Assembly: GCA_963811105.1 (NCBI GenBank)
Contig: CAWEPZ010000009.1
Location: 352,001 to 416,000, forward strand
Source: Candidatus Bathyarchaeota archaeon
GTDB lineage: Archaea; Thermoproteota; Bathyarchaeia; Bathyarchaeales; Bathycorpusculaceae
Length of the DNA stretch: 64,000 nt
Direction of reading: 5' to 3'
In this document: positions 31,051 through 41,615 of the stretch, piece by piece
Numbering within the stretch: position 1 is the first letter of the stretch
Layout of the letters: each line of letters opens with the position of its first letter
Position numbers and translations under genes: made by a program
Notes under the pieces: model-generated
Database searches by the model: none
The model's input: only the letters and a program-made list of their open reading frames with translations
What the model was told of the DNA's origin: nothing

Positions 31051-31248
31051 ATGGAAGCAGTTTTGGAAAAAATTTCTAGAAGAGAAAAAAACATAGAAAC
31101 TTTTAGTTCTCATGGATATATGCCCAGGATTTATGATGTTCAATCTCCCTGTCAATGGTTGGAACATTGCTATGGCGGAAAATGCCCAGCATTCGTTAAG
31201 CTTAACGGAAACTTTTACTGCTCTCGGGTCAACAAAAGCTTTGGATAG
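31051..31248 (+). CDS. Small Cys-rich hypothetical protein
   Basis: AGGTG SD upstream of ATG; C-x5-C-x4-C-x11-C pattern. Confidence 0.5.
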   Translation: MEAVLEKISRREKNIETFSSHGYMPRIYDVQSPCQWLEHCYGGKCPAFVKLNGNFYCSRVNKSFG

Positions 31249-31589
31249 CAACACCATTTTAACTAAAACTATCCTTTTTTTAGTTTCTAAATTAGCCTTT
31301 CAATGCTACATTTGCTTCAGTTATTTTTCCGTCAAATGCGATAGCAGGCGCAGCTATTATGATATCAAGGGCTTCTCCCTTTGCCTGGTTCTCGTTTGAA
31401 TCAATTAGAACTACATCACTTTTTCATAACGAAGAATATCGAAAGCAGCGGCACTTCCTACTTTACCGCACCAATAACTTTTGTCATATAAAACTATGAT
31501 TTGAAGCTTAGATATAATCTGCTCAACATACAAATAAAAACAAAAGAGTTCGAATTTGAGATTTGATGGTTGATATCTTGCAGTAATTC

Positions 31590-32042
31590 CTATTTTATAA
31601 TAATAACTGGACAAAGCGCTAAATGCGATACTTTTTCACTTATACTACCCATAAAAAACTCCCGCATCCTCCCTGCTCCTTTATGCCCAACTATAATAAC
31701 GTCGAAACTGCCCTCCTTTGCTGTATTAACAATTTCAAGAGCAGGATCGCCTTGTCTAAGAGTAGAAGTAACAGCCAAGTCAGGCTTAACTTCCTTTGCT
31801 CGTGCAACCGCTTTACGCAAGACCTCTTCATGAATTTTGTTGACATCATTCGCAACCGAAGCCAGACTGGCGTTTGAAGAAACAGTCGATTCGGCAGGAT
31901 TAGTACTTAAAGGCAATGGCTCGTAAACATTCAAAATCGTGACAGCCGCACCAAATTTTTCGCTTAACCCTAATGCAAAATCCAAAGCCCTATCTGAATT
32001 TTCGGAACCATCAACCGCCACCAATATGTTCCTAAGTAACAT
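31590..32042 (-). CDS. Universal stress protein (UspA family)
   Basis: ILVAVDGSENS, GDPA..I, and IVGHKG...MGSISEKV...CPVIII. Confidence 0.93.
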   Translation of the reverse strand: MLLRNILVAVDGSENSDRALDFALGLSEKFGAAVTILNVYEPLPLSTNPAESTVSSNASLASVANDVNKIHEEVLRKAVARAKEVKPDLAVTSTLRQGDPALEIVNTAKEGSFDVIIVGHKGAGRMREFFMGSISEKVSHLALCPVIIIK

Positions 32043-32250
32043 AAACCAAAGCTCCTCGAAAAAATAACCGTTTATCTAACCATTAAGCTTTTTCTCAACC
32101 CATAAAAAACCAATCCACTTGTAACCTCTTTGCTTGTTTGAATAAGGTTGCTCCTCACCGATTCCTTTAAACATTATAAAGGTAAAGTCTATTCAATACT
32201 TAAAAGAGGCAAACGGGGGGCCACCAATAAATAAGCATATTCAAACGCTA

Positions 32251-33888
32251 ATGCTCATGCTTATTATTGCAACAATAGTTTTTCCAGCCCTCAATGTTCC
32301 CAGCACTAAAGCAATGGCAGAACAACCTTGGACCACCATGACACCTATGCCAACAGCGCGAGGAGGACTCGGCGTGGCCGTCGCAAACGGAAAGATTTAT
32401 GCAATCGGAGGCTTAAACGGTGACTTACCACTTAATACAAATGAACAGTATGATCCTGCCACAAACCAGTGGACAAGCAAAGCACCTTTGCCAACGGCAA
32501 GAAGCGGTTTTGCCATAGCGTCTTATAATAACGAAATCTATGCCATAGGGGGAACGGTCGGCAACGGATACGTGGGCAACAACGAAGTTTATAATCCTTT
32601 AACTAATTCTTGGGAAACAAAGGCGTCAATGCCTACTCCAAGGGCTGATTTTACAGCCAATGTGGTGAACGATAAAATCTATTTAATCGGTGGCAAAAGA
32701 TATTCAAGCAACAGTCCATATTTCAATGAAACAGACATTAACGAGGTTTATGATCCAGTTACTGATACGTGGACAACTGCCAAATCAATTTCGCACGCAG
32801 TTTATGGTTACGCATCAGCGGTTATAGATGGAAAAATTCAAATCATAGGAGGAGCAAAAAACCCAGTTTCGTTAGGAAGCACGGTTCTTGTAAATTCTAA
32901 CCAAGTGTATGATCCTCAAACTAACAATTGGACAATAGCTGCAAGCGCACCAAACTTAGTTTCCTATGGAGCTGCGTCAGTAACCCAAAATTTTATGGCG
33001 CCTTCACGTCTGTATTTTGTAGGTGGGTTTTCTTCGAACACTTATAGCGGTAATACTCAAGTTTATGACCCAACTAACGACACTTGGACCACTGACGTCT
33101 CTATGCTTACCGCTCGAGCCTACTTGGGCGTTGCTGTCGTAAACGATATTTTGTACGCAATCGGCGGCTTTGACGGCACAAATTGGCTAAGAACTGTGGA
33201 GCAGTATAAGCCTATTGGTTATGGAACAGTTCCGCCGGAAATTCAAATTACGTCTCCTGAAAACGAAACGTATACTGATGTGACTTTATCCTATGATGTT
33301 AACAAGGGGGTCGAATGGATGGGTTACAGTTTAGATGATCAAGCAAACCTAACCATAAAAGGAACTACCGAATTGTTTAACATGTCTCAGGGTGCACATA
33401 ACGTGATAATCTACGCTAACGACAGCATTGGCAACATGGGTCATTCGAACAGAGTTTTCTTTTCAATAGACACGATTGCTCCAAGTATTGTGATAATGCT
33501 TCCTCTAAACCAATCTTATAGTTCTACTGATATCCAATTAACTTTTAAAGTAGATGAGCCAACCAAAGAGTTGGCTTATATTTTAGATAATAACGCAAAG
33601 TTGAGTATAATTGGAAATGTAAGTTTGCCGGCACTAACCAACGGGTCTCATCGTTTAACGATTTACGCTACTGACGAAATCGGGAACGCAGACTCAAAAA
33701 CTGTGTACTTTAGTATACAGACTTTTCCAACTATGTTATGGGTTGCAATCATAGCCATAATAATCATAGTTGTAGCGGCAGGGTACCTGTTTGTGAAACG
33801 CAAAAAAGTAGAAAATAAACAAGAGTTACCGACAGATGCTGACTCGGCATCAGATAAAGAAAACAAAGTCACGGATTTAGAATCTTGA
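32251..33888 (+). CDS. Secreted Kelch-repeat beta-propeller with two Ig-like domains and a C-terminal TM anchor
   Basis: Signal peptide; six PTAR...IYAIGG...YDP.T..W repeats; two H...IYA.D.IGN repeats; TM followed by KRKK. Confidence 0.9.
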   Translation: MLMLIIATIVFPALNVPSTKAMAEQPWTTMTPMPTARGGLGVAVANGKIYAIGGLNGDLPLNTNEQYDPATNQWTSKAPLPTARSGFAIASYNNEIYAIGGTVGNGYVGNNEVYNPLTNSWETKASMPTPRADFTANVVNDKIYLIGGKRYSSNSPYFNETDINEVYDPVTDTWTTAKSISHAVYGYASAVIDGKIQIIGGAKNPVSLGSTVLVNSNQVYDPQTNNWTIAASAPNLVSYGAASVTQNFMAPSRLYFVGGFSSNTYSGNTQVYDPTNDTWTTDVSMLTARAYLGVAVVNDILYAIGGFDGTNWLRTVEQYKPIGYGTVPPEIQITSPENETYTDVTLSYDVNKGVEWMGYSLDDQANLTIKGTTELFNMSQGAHNVIIYANDSIGNMGHSNRVFFSIDTIAPSIVIMLPLNQSYSSTDIQLTFKVDEPTKELAYILDNNAKLSIIGNVSLPALTNGSHRLTIYATDEIGNADSKTVYFSIQTFPTMLWVAIIAIIIIVVAAGYLFVKRKKVENKQELPTDADSASDKENKVTDLES

Positions 33889-33979
33889 GACAATCCAAAC
33901 CGACTATTTGTTGTGCACAAGGTAAGCAAAAAAAGATTTCTTAGACAGAAAACTTAAGTATAGAAAACAACGCTTTTCA

Positions 33980-34249
33980 ATGAAGGTCTACCACCCGATG
34001 GTCTACGAAATCGATTATCACGCAGGTGAAAAAGCAGGTTGCTCAACAAGACTCATAATTGCAGACCGAATGTTTTATGTTAAACTATTTCAGGCCGAAA
34101 CCGCAAGATTTTTTTCAGGAGACCAACAAGGCATTATTCAAAAGGAAATTTCAAAATCTGAATTCGAACTGTGGCTTAACATATTAGCAGATAATGAAGT
34201 AGAGATATCCGAAATTCAAGGTAAGCTTGGTTTAGGAAAAAAATATTAG
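33980..34249 (+). CDS. Hypothetical protein
   Basis: Free-standing 89-aa ORF with ATG start. Confidence 0.6.
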   Translation: MKVYHPMVYEIDYHAGEKAGCSTRLIIADRMFYVKLFQAETARFFSGDQQGIIQKEISKSEFELWLNILADNEVEISEIQGKLGLGKKY

Positions 34250-34424
34250 ACTTTAAACATCTTTCCGTCTTGTCTTTCTTATTGCGACAACTAAGAATTA
34301 CTGTGAGAACCGCCAGCAAAACTATCTAATCAAGAATTACCGAGTAAAAGTGTAAAGGTCATTAAGTATTATTATATTTATATTGAAATGTTAATGCTAG
34401 ATATTCAGTTATGAGGCAAATGAA

Positions 34425-35450
34425 ATGAGCGCATATTTGGTGCCATGGGATACCAAACGCAACTTGTTAGATGAGGCAAATCGCCTCTATGACGAAGCTG
34501 GAACTCTTGATTGCATACAAAGAGATGATATAGTTGCAATAAAGCTGCATGTTGGCGAATTAGGAAATCCGTACTATGTGCAACCATTTTTTGTTCATGA
34601 TATCATTCAAAGAGTTAAGGAAGCAGGCGGCAAACCATTCCTAACCGACTCCAATACACTATATCACGCAGAACGCAGCAACGCCTACGACCATATGTTT
34701 ACTGCGTTAATGAATGGATTTAACATGGCTCCCTTTATTGTGGCTGATGGACTTAAGAGCGAAAACTATCGGATAGTGCAAACCAAGGGCATATTAAAAG
34801 AAATTGAAGTTTCTGGCGCTATCGCGGAGGCTGATGCTATGATTGTTGTGTCACATGATAAGGGTCATGAACTAAGCGGATTCGGCGGAGCAATGAAAAA
34901 CCTAGGCATGGGCTGCACTCCCCGAACCGGCAAGCTTCGCCAACACAGAACAGTTGGCATAGAAATAGACCAATCTAAATGCAAAGGCTGTGGCAAATGT
35001 ACGGCAATATGCGAAATGCATCTGCCTGAAATTATTGAAGGAAAAGCAAGAAATATTTCATCGCTTTGTATGCGGTGTCCAATGTGCAAACATGGTTGTC
35101 CAATGGAAGCCATAAGCTTTGTCAATCAGGATAATATTTGTAGGGCACTTGCTTCAGCTGCATACGGTGTATTGTCCACATTTAAGCCCAACAAAGTGTC
35201 TTATGTTAGCTTTGCCCGAAGCATAACTTCATATTGTGATTGTTTGCCAAGTCCAGGCGACATAATTATGAAGGATGTAGGTATCTTTGCCTCCGACTCA
35301 CCTGTTTCAATTGACGCGGCATTCCTGGAAATGATTGATTATAAATTGCTTAATGAAGCATCAAATGTTGATTGCATGTTGCAGGTTCAAGAAGCTAAAA
35401 GCTTAGGCATCAAAGGCGAACTAAACCCTAAAATAATAAAATTAAGCTAA
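34425..35450 (+). CDS. DUF362 Fe-S protein with a ferredoxin insert
   Basis: KLHVGE, TDSNTLY..R, SH.KGH..SGFGGAMKNLGMGC, CxxCxxCxxxC twice, CDC. Confidence 0.88.
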   Translation: MSAYLVPWDTKRNLLDEANRLYDEAGTLDCIQRDDIVAIKLHVGELGNPYYVQPFFVHDIIQRVKEAGGKPFLTDSNTLYHAERSNAYDHMFTALMNGFNMAPFIVADGLKSENYRIVQTKGILKEIEVSGAIAEADAMIVVSHDKGHELSGFGGAMKNLGMGCTPRTGKLRQHRTVGIEIDQSKCKGCGKCTAICEMHLPEIIEGKARNISSLCMRCPMCKHGCPMEAISFVNQDNICRALASAAYGVLSTFKPNKVSYVSFARSITSYCDCLPSPGDIIMKDVGIFASDSPVSIDAAFLEMIDYKLLNEASNVDCMLQVQEAKSLGIKGELNPKIIKLS

Positions 35451-36240
35451 TTTTGCGTTCTGTTGCATTTACTTTGATATCCGCATTTTTTTTCCATCTT
35501 CTAATTAAGTAAACAGATGTTATGATGATTGCTGCAACGATTGCGGAAAGGATTAGGTAATGTGAGATTCCAGCAACTTCCGACCAGTGATTTCCTAAGA
35601 ACAACCCTAGATAAATCAAGATTGTGTTCCATAATAGGCAGCCTGCAGTGGTGTAAGCGATAAACTTCGGCAGCGGCATTCGAACTGCGCCTGCGGGGAA
35701 TGATACTAGGGTTCTGAATCCAGGTATGAGTCGGCAAAAAAACACCATTATTGCTCCATGTCTGCTAAACCAGTTTGCAGCAATTTCAAGTTGGGCTGCG
35801 GACAAGAGAGCTCGTCCTAAAATGCGGTGTCTCGCAAGAGATTGAACGCCTTTTAATCCGATATAGTAATCAATCAGTGAACCCATTACCCCCGCAACAG
35901 TCGCAACTAAAACCGTTATCCAAATATTCAGCTGACCCGTTGAAGCTAAGAAGCCTGCAAATGGAAGAATTACCTCGCTTGGGATAGGCACAGAGCTCGC
36001 TTCTAGCAGCATCAACATGAAGATGCCGAAGTACCCCCATGATTTCACAGTGTCTTTGACGTTAATCATAATAGAAATTACAGCGCTAATCACTGGCCCA
36101 CCTGTTACAGGACCGCCCTCAATAACTGTGTCTTCTAAAATTGAGATCAGAACATAAGCAACAATTACAATAGCGATGGCTACGATAATCAGTTGCGGAG
36201 CTTTTTTTCGAATTCGTTGAAGGCTGTGATATGTCACCAA
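35428..36240 (-). CDS. DedA family membrane protein
   Basis: LE...PIPSEVILPFAGF, GS..Y..G and RLIPGFRTLVSFPAG motifs. Confidence 0.92.
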   Translation of the reverse strand: MVTYHSLQRIRKKAPQLIIVAIAIVIVAYVLISILEDTVIEGGPVTGGPVISAVISIMINVKDTVKSWGYFGIFMLMLLEASSVPIPSEVILPFAGFLASTGQLNIWITVLVATVAGVMGSLIDYYIGLKGVQSLARHRILGRALLSAAQLEIAANWFSRHGAIMVFFCRLIPGFRTLVSFPAGAVRMPLPKFIAYTTAGCLLWNTILIYLGLFLGNHWSEVAGISHYLILSAIVAAIIITSVYLIRRWKKNADIKVNATERKISLILLF

Positions 36241-36280
36241 GATAATCGCTTAACCCGTAATTTTCATCTTGAATATATTT

Positions 36281-36553
36281 TAGGTTATTCCTTTTATCAC
36301 ATCCACCCTAACACCAACCGTACCACCAACATCAAGCCCAACGCCCACCCTTCGCCGAACCCACACCGACCTCAGTACCGAAACCGCCTCAATCAACAAC
36401 CGTAACTCCGACAGAGACTGCCATCCCAAAACCCAACTCATCGGAAGCCCAAACTCGACTCCAAGTCTAAATCCGTCGCCAACAATCCAAGAGCTTCCAG
36501 TGGCAACAGTTATTGAATTAGCTCTTATCGCAACATCTTCCAAGATTCTTTAA
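36281..36553 (+). pseudogene. Decayed Pro/Thr/Ser-rich linker and sorting-signal-like tail of a surface protein
   Basis: A plus-strand frame reads TSTLTPTVPPTSSPTPT...SPNSTPSLNPSPTIQELPVATVIELALIA; no start codon. Confidence 0.4.
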
Positions 36554-36637
36554 ATACTAAAACGTACCTCTAAAAAAATATTAACTATAATTAAGTTTTA
36601 TGGTTAATGAGTTTTGTAAGATTGTGGTATAGTTTCA

Positions 36638-37141
36638 TTACCTTCTTAACAAATAGACTATGCCCCTAGCAATCAATGATGCACCTACGAATAACAATAA
36701 TGCTGCCCAGAACTGGAACCAACCAGTAAGAGTGCCAGTCAACAAGAAAATATTTGCAGAAATAGCGGCGCCAAACCAGAATACCAAGTTACCCACCGCT
36801 TCAGCTGTCCGTCTATCTGAAGAATGCACATATAATCTAAGAGCAAGTATTATGATTTGCAGTATCCCAATGCCCAAACAAAAAATCATTACGGCTGAAA
36901 AAAATGCAACGTGAACTTCCGGGTGGGCTGGTGCAGGCAAATACACCGTTGAGCTTGAGCTGTTAAGAGGATACTGAATCGTTGTTATGTCATTAAAGAA
37001 TGCGGTCACTTTCTCCCAAGCGCCTGGAGTAAGCCCAAATACAGATCCAAGTAGTATTAAGAATCCTCCAAAAGATAAGGCTGTAATCAAGCCTTCTTCA
37101 AAAAAATAGCTGTGGCGCTGTGGACTTAAGTTTTGGCTCAT
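36638..37141 (-). CDS. Hypothetical 4-TM membrane protein
   Basis: GAGGAG SD before ATG 37141; four hydrophobic segments. Confidence 0.75.
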   Translation of the reverse strand: MSQNLSPQRHSYFFEEGLITALSFGGFLILLGSVFGLTPGAWEKVTAFFNDITTIQYPLNSSSSTVYLPAPAHPEVHVAFFSAVMIFCLGIGILQIIILALRLYVHSSDRRTAEAVGNLVFWFGAAISANIFLLTGTLTGWFQFWAALLLFVGASLIARGIVYLLRR

Positions 37142-37223
37142 GTTACTAGCTCCTCTTTGCAATCAAGATATTCAATAGATTGCAATATAACATTTTTCAC
37201 AACTTCTTTCCAATAAAATAATT

Positions 37224-37256
37224 TGGTGCTCGATTGGATTTGAACCGATGATCCTC
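37224..37256 (-). repeat. Degenerate tRNA 3'-end fragment (possible att scar)
   Basis: Minus strand reads AGGATC-ATCGG-TTCAAAT-CCAAT-CGAGC-ACCA, a T-arm plus CCA with no 5' half. Same orientation as, and similar to, the tRNA-Trp 3' end. Confidence 0.55.
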
Positions 37257-37275
37257 ATGCTGGTTTGTGGGACAA

Positions 37276-38136
37276 TTAGGTGAATTCTTTTCTTTCGAAC
37301 AGTACCAGGCCTAAGATTACTGTGACGACGAAGTAAATAGCCATGATTCCGAGCCCTTCAGGAATTGTTGCGTTAAATATGGTAATGGTTATGCCTCCTC
37401 CTGGACCTAAACTGTTGGTGAGCATATGTGGCGGGTAAGGCGTCGTTAACACGTTGCCGATGATTGTGGACCCGTAGGTTAAGATGAACCAAGGTTCAAT
37501 TTGGACAAGCGCTGAAACGAGCGTTTGAACTAGCGAGAACACAAATAAGAAAAGAATCGCTGTTAAAAGTATTGACATGGAGCTGCTCTTGAACAGCGAG
37601 CTGAAGAAGAAGGTGAATCCGAGAACAGCAACCAGGTAAATCAAAGCAAATATGAGTGACTCAACGAATTGGTAGGGCACGCCCGAGAAATAGTATACTC
37701 CGTTGCTTACAGTGATAACTGTGAAAATGCCTAACATAACAAGCGATGCAATGAAAGCGGCTATCCACTTTCCAATGTATATTGATGAACGCCTAATTGG
37801 GTTTGGAACCCCGAAGTAGCCTGTTTTATTTTGGAACTCTCCTGAAATTGCGTCGCCACCGAAGAAAATCGCTGAAAGTATGACAACGAAGGTGACAGAG
37901 TTCCCCCACCAACTATTATAAAATGATAGCTCATCGGTAAGGAAACTTGCTGGACGGTAGTATCCTACGAGAACTGTTAGTAGTAGGCTTATCAAAACTG
38001 TTATTATAAGCATTATGAAGAATCTTCGAGACCGAAGATAGTCAAGAAGAGTATACTTAGTGACTATGCTCACCTGGGTCATACTCTTCGGGACTGCATT
38101 TTTTGATTCTAAGTTTGTTTGTACCATGTTTATCAC
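37276..38136 (-). CDS. ABC-2 type transporter permease
   Basis: Six TM helices; DAISGEFQNKTG....NPI.R..IY.GK motif. Confidence 0.9.
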   Translation of the reverse strand: MINMVQTNLESKNAVPKSMTQVSIVTKYTLLDYLRSRRFFIMLIITVLISLLLTVLVGYYRPASFLTDELSFYNSWWGNSVTFVVILSAIFFGGDAISGEFQNKTGYFGVPNPIRRSSIYIGKWIAAFIASLVMLGIFTVITVSNGVYYFSGVPYQFVESLIFALIYLVAVLGFTFFFSSLFKSSSMSILLTAILFLFVFSLVQTLVSALVQIEPWFILTYGSTIIGNVLTTPYPPHMLTNSLGPGGGITITIFNATIPEGLGIMAIYFVVTVILGLVLFERKEFT

Positions 38137-39074
38137 AACGTCGCCTTAATGAGTCTAAGATAAACATCTTCAAGTTCTGATGAGGCAGCTTTGTAACTTA
38201 TAACGCCAATATTCATTTTAACAATGTCGGAGAGCAAGCGTTCTTGCACGTCTAAGCCTCCGTTGAAAATTATTCTAAGGTTTTTGTCATCTATTTTGTC
38301 TGTTTTAACTACGGATGGCAAAGCTGCAATGTTCTGGGTTACCATGTTGTTGTCGACTAAGCGGGCTAAACCGACTTCTACAACATTGTTTCCTCCTGAA
38401 AACTTGGCCGTAATATTTGAAAGAGTGTCATAAACGATTAGTTTGCCATGGTCTATCATGGCCACTTCATCGCAAACATCGGAAACCTCGCTTAGAATAT
38501 GAGAGCTCATGAATATGAGCCTATTTTTGCCCTTAAGCGATTTAATTATGTCTCTAACCTCACTCATGCCTCTGGGATCGAGTCCCGTCGTGGGTTCATC
38601 TAAAAGGATAATTGATGGGTTACCAAGCAATGCGGAAGCAATGCAAATTCTCTGCTTCATGCCTTTAGAAAATTTCCCGACTCTTTTGTCAATCCATTCT
38701 TCCATATGCACTTCCGCAACGACCACTTCCACCTGCTTTTTTCTTTCTTCAGCAGGTACCCCTCGAATTTCAGCTATCATAGTTAGTGCTTCTCTGGGGG
38801 TAAGTGATGAGTAAATTTCAGGAGTTTCAATAAGAGTGCCTACCGAAGCTAAGGCTTTTTTCTTTTCGATATGTACGTTTACGCCGTTGATGAGGGCTTG
38901 GCCTTTGGATGGTCTAATGAGGTCGGTAAACATTTTTAGTGTTGTTGTTTTTCCAGAACCGTTTGGCCCTAGGAATCCGACACATTTGGCCCCTTCAATC
39001 TTTAAATTTAGGTCTGAAAGAGCTGTGAATGAGCCATATTGTTTTGTTAAATTTACTGCTTCTATTGATGGCAT
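38133..39074 (-). CDS. ABC transporter ATP-binding protein
   Basis: GPNGSGKTT, FSKGMKQR, LLDEPTTGLDP and SSH motifs. Confidence 0.95.
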   Translation of the reverse strand: MPSIEAVNLTKQYGSFTALSDLNLKIEGAKCVGFLGPNGSGKTTTLKMFTDLIRPSKGQALINGVNVHIEKKKALASVGTLIETPEIYSSLTPREALTMIAEIRGVPAEERKKQVEVVVAEVHMEEWIDKRVGKFSKGMKQRICIASALLGNPSIILLDEPTTGLDPRGMSEVRDIIKSLKGKNRLIFMSSHILSEVSDVCDEVAMIDHGKLIVYDTLSNITAKFSGGNNVVEVGLARLVDNNMVTQNIAALPSVVKTDKIDDKNLRIIFNGGLDVQERLLSDIVKMNIGVISYKAASSELEDVYLRLIKATL

Positions 39075-39385
39075 CGTTATCTTGACAACCGTAACAGAAA
39101 AGCTCCTTAAAAGGCATACTCATTCCAATTGAGTTTACAACATGTTCAATGTTCCAAACGTTGTCTTTACCTGAATTCACTAATTCTGTTAATCCAATGA
39201 ACCAAACAACCTCATATGAACTAGCGGCAAAGATTATTAAGCAAAATAACACTGTTATATTCAAAGAGCCGGAAGCAAATAAAAATACATCACCCATGCC
39301 TATTAGTACGTCGAATAGTCCCATTTTCGATATAATATGGTATTTATCATAGCGTCTTATATCTTAAGTTACCAAATCTATTTAT

Positions 39386-40132
39386 GTGGTAAAACCAATG
39401 TTGCTAAACCAATTCAACAAAGAAGAACAGAAATCAGAGAAGGTGCAAAGGCACAGTAATTTGAACACTCAAATAATCATCGCAGCGCTAAACGAGGAAG
39501 AAGGCATAGGTTTAACCATAACAGAAATGATGGATGAACTTGATAACGCTAAAGTGCTCGTCGTGGATGGTAACAGTACCGATAGAACTATCGAGATAGC
39601 AAAGAACCTTGGAGCAACTGTCGCTTTCCAGGACGGTAAGGGCAAAGGTGATGCTCTCGCAAAAGGCCTTGAGCACTTGGATCCAGAAGCAAAGTTCATT
39701 GTAATCACAGACGCAGACTACACTTATCCCGCTGAGAGCGTTCCAGGAATGATTAAGCTCTTAGAGAAAAACCCGGCGGTCGGCATGGTTTGCGGAAATC
39801 GACTTAACGGCAACGTACAACCAGAAGCTCTACACCGCGTATTCCACATAGGCAATATGCTCATAGCCTTCACGTATAACCTCCTAAGCGGGATTCCACT
39901 AAAAGATCCTCTAACTGGGCTTAGAGTGATCCGTGCTGATATTCTTAGAAGTTGGAAAGTGAAATCCAAAGGTTTTGACATTGAAGTAGAACTAAACCGC
40001 CATGTAGAGAGAAGAGGCTACGATATTGTCGAAGTCCCGATTCAGTATAGAGAAAGATTAGGTGAAAAAAAACTGGGCTTAAAGAACGGCTTTGAAATCT
40101 TTGAACGAATCATGTTGGAAACTCTCTGTTGA
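39386..40132 (+). CDS. GT2 glycosyltransferase (DPM synthase-like)
   Basis: ALNEEEGI, VVDGNSTDRT, GKG, DADYTY, G.R, DPLTGLR and FDIEVE motifs. Confidence 0.9.
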   Translation: MVKPMLLNQFNKEEQKSEKVQRHSNLNTQIIIAALNEEEGIGLTITEMMDELDNAKVLVVDGNSTDRTIEIAKNLGATVAFQDGKGKGDALAKGLEHLDPEAKFIVITDADYTYPAESVPGMIKLLEKNPAVGMVCGNRLNGNVQPEALHRVFHIGNMLIAFTYNLLSGIPLKDPLTGLRVIRADILRSWKVKSKGFDIEVELNRHVERRGYDIVEVPIQYRERLGEKKLGLKNGFEIFERIMLETLC

Positions 40133-40512
40133 TTCCTTTACAATAAAATCTCTAACAGAGAAGTATGCTCTACTTTCTAACGCTACCAACTTTACGCTAA
40201 CTAGGCGTTATTTTGCTTTTATTAGATGCGTTCTTTAGATATATGAACAGGTAAATCTGTATGATTGCATACAGATATCTTTCGTTGTTTTCGCCTTAAC
40301 CTGCATCAAAAGGGGAGATTTCCCGTCTTTCTTAACAGATGGGCTGATGCCACAACGTCGTAGCATCCGCCGGCAGAGACAAATTTCAGCTCACTGTTTC
40401 CATCTTTGATTTATGGAACTTGAATATACCCAACTGACTCGAACTACACGGGTGAATATGTACTCTTAAGCTATGACACTGAGTGACGCAACAAATTGGG
40501 GCTCAGACCGCT

Positions 40513-41382
40513 CTAGGGGATGAAACCTAATAATAGGTCGTCATTTTTGCGTTCTTCTTTAGTTCCCTTAATTAACTCTAAATTTGTGGCTATTTCTCGC
40601 AGTTTTTCTGTGAAGGGATGGCTCGTTTTTTCACATGCAAATAGACATCTTCCAGCGGTGGCAACGTCGCAGGAACAGGATATAACTCCAATTACGGGTA
40701 GATGGTGTGTTCCAATCTTTATTGAATTATTGTTATAGATTTTTAATGAAAGAGATTCCCTTGGTACTCTGTTTATTATGATTCCTATTTTCTTGTCGAA
40801 AAGCTCGTAACATTCACGTATCATCCGTCGAGTTCCTTCAACATCGGATTTGTCTGTAGACGTCACCACCAGTACAATGTCGGCGCAGACTATAGCGTTT
40901 ATGGAGGAATAAATAAGGCCAGGACTGGCATCAAAGAATACATAATCGAAATACATATCGTTTAGGCTACAGGTCTTGAGTGAAAAGAGTTGACCCAAAG
41001 CATCCATTTCCCATGTTCTATTCTTGGATTCCATCTCAAGTATGGCTTCGGTTGAAGGGTTAGCTAAACCAACAAGTAGTTTTCCTTTCCCAGTGTCTTT
41101 TGTGCTGCAATCTGTTAAAACATCTTCTAGATTGCAGGCTTTGTTTAGATAATCGTTCATCCAATATTCCTTACCATTTTTGAAAATCAAGTGGAGGCTT
41201 GGAGCACGAAAGTCCAAATCTAGAAGACAAACGCTTTTGCCCATTGTGGCAAATAAGGTTGCCAGATTTGTTGAGAGGAGCGTCTTTCCTGTTCCGCCCT
41301 TGTACGAGTGAAAGGTTACGATCAATAGTTTTTCCCCATGTTCCTTACAGATTTTTTGAAAACTGAAATGTTTTAGCAACAT
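40513..41382 (-). CDS. MinD/ParA family ATPase
   Basis: Deviant Walker A KGGTGKT, LLDLDFRAPSL, FDASPG and IINRV motifs. Confidence 0.88.
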   Translation of the reverse strand: MLLKHFSFQKICKEHGEKLLIVTFHSYKGGTGKTLLSTNLATLFATMGKSVCLLDLDFRAPSLHLIFKNGKEYWMNDYLNKACNLEDVLTDCSTKDTGKGKLLVGLANPSTEAILEMESKNRTWEMDALGQLFSLKTCSLNDMYFDYVFFDASPGLIYSSINAIVCADIVLVVTSTDKSDVEGTRRMIRECYELFDKKIGIIINRVPRESLSLKIYNNNSIKIGTHHLPVIGVISCSCDVATAGRCLFACEKTSHPFTEKLREIATNLELIKGTKEERKNDDLLLGFIP

Positions 41383-41615
41383 TATTGTTCATCCGTTTCT
41401 TTGTCCACTATGCCCTCAGAAACGGTTTTTGCAATAATACTCTTGCACTTTGAGAGATTATTCCATCTTTGGTTAGAAAATTAACACACTTCCCGATGAA
41501 CATGCTTTAAAGATAACTACCGAGAATCCCACTAATTCGATGATTAGATTCAACAGAATCTAGAAGATGCCTTCAACTGAACCACTGCAATTTTTCATTT
41601 TTTTGATCAAAGCTC

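Noticed and set aside
38995-39352. Short opposing ORFs between the ABC ATPase and GT2
   Set aside because: No motif or SD. The hydrophobic one might be a gene remnant but cannot be supported.
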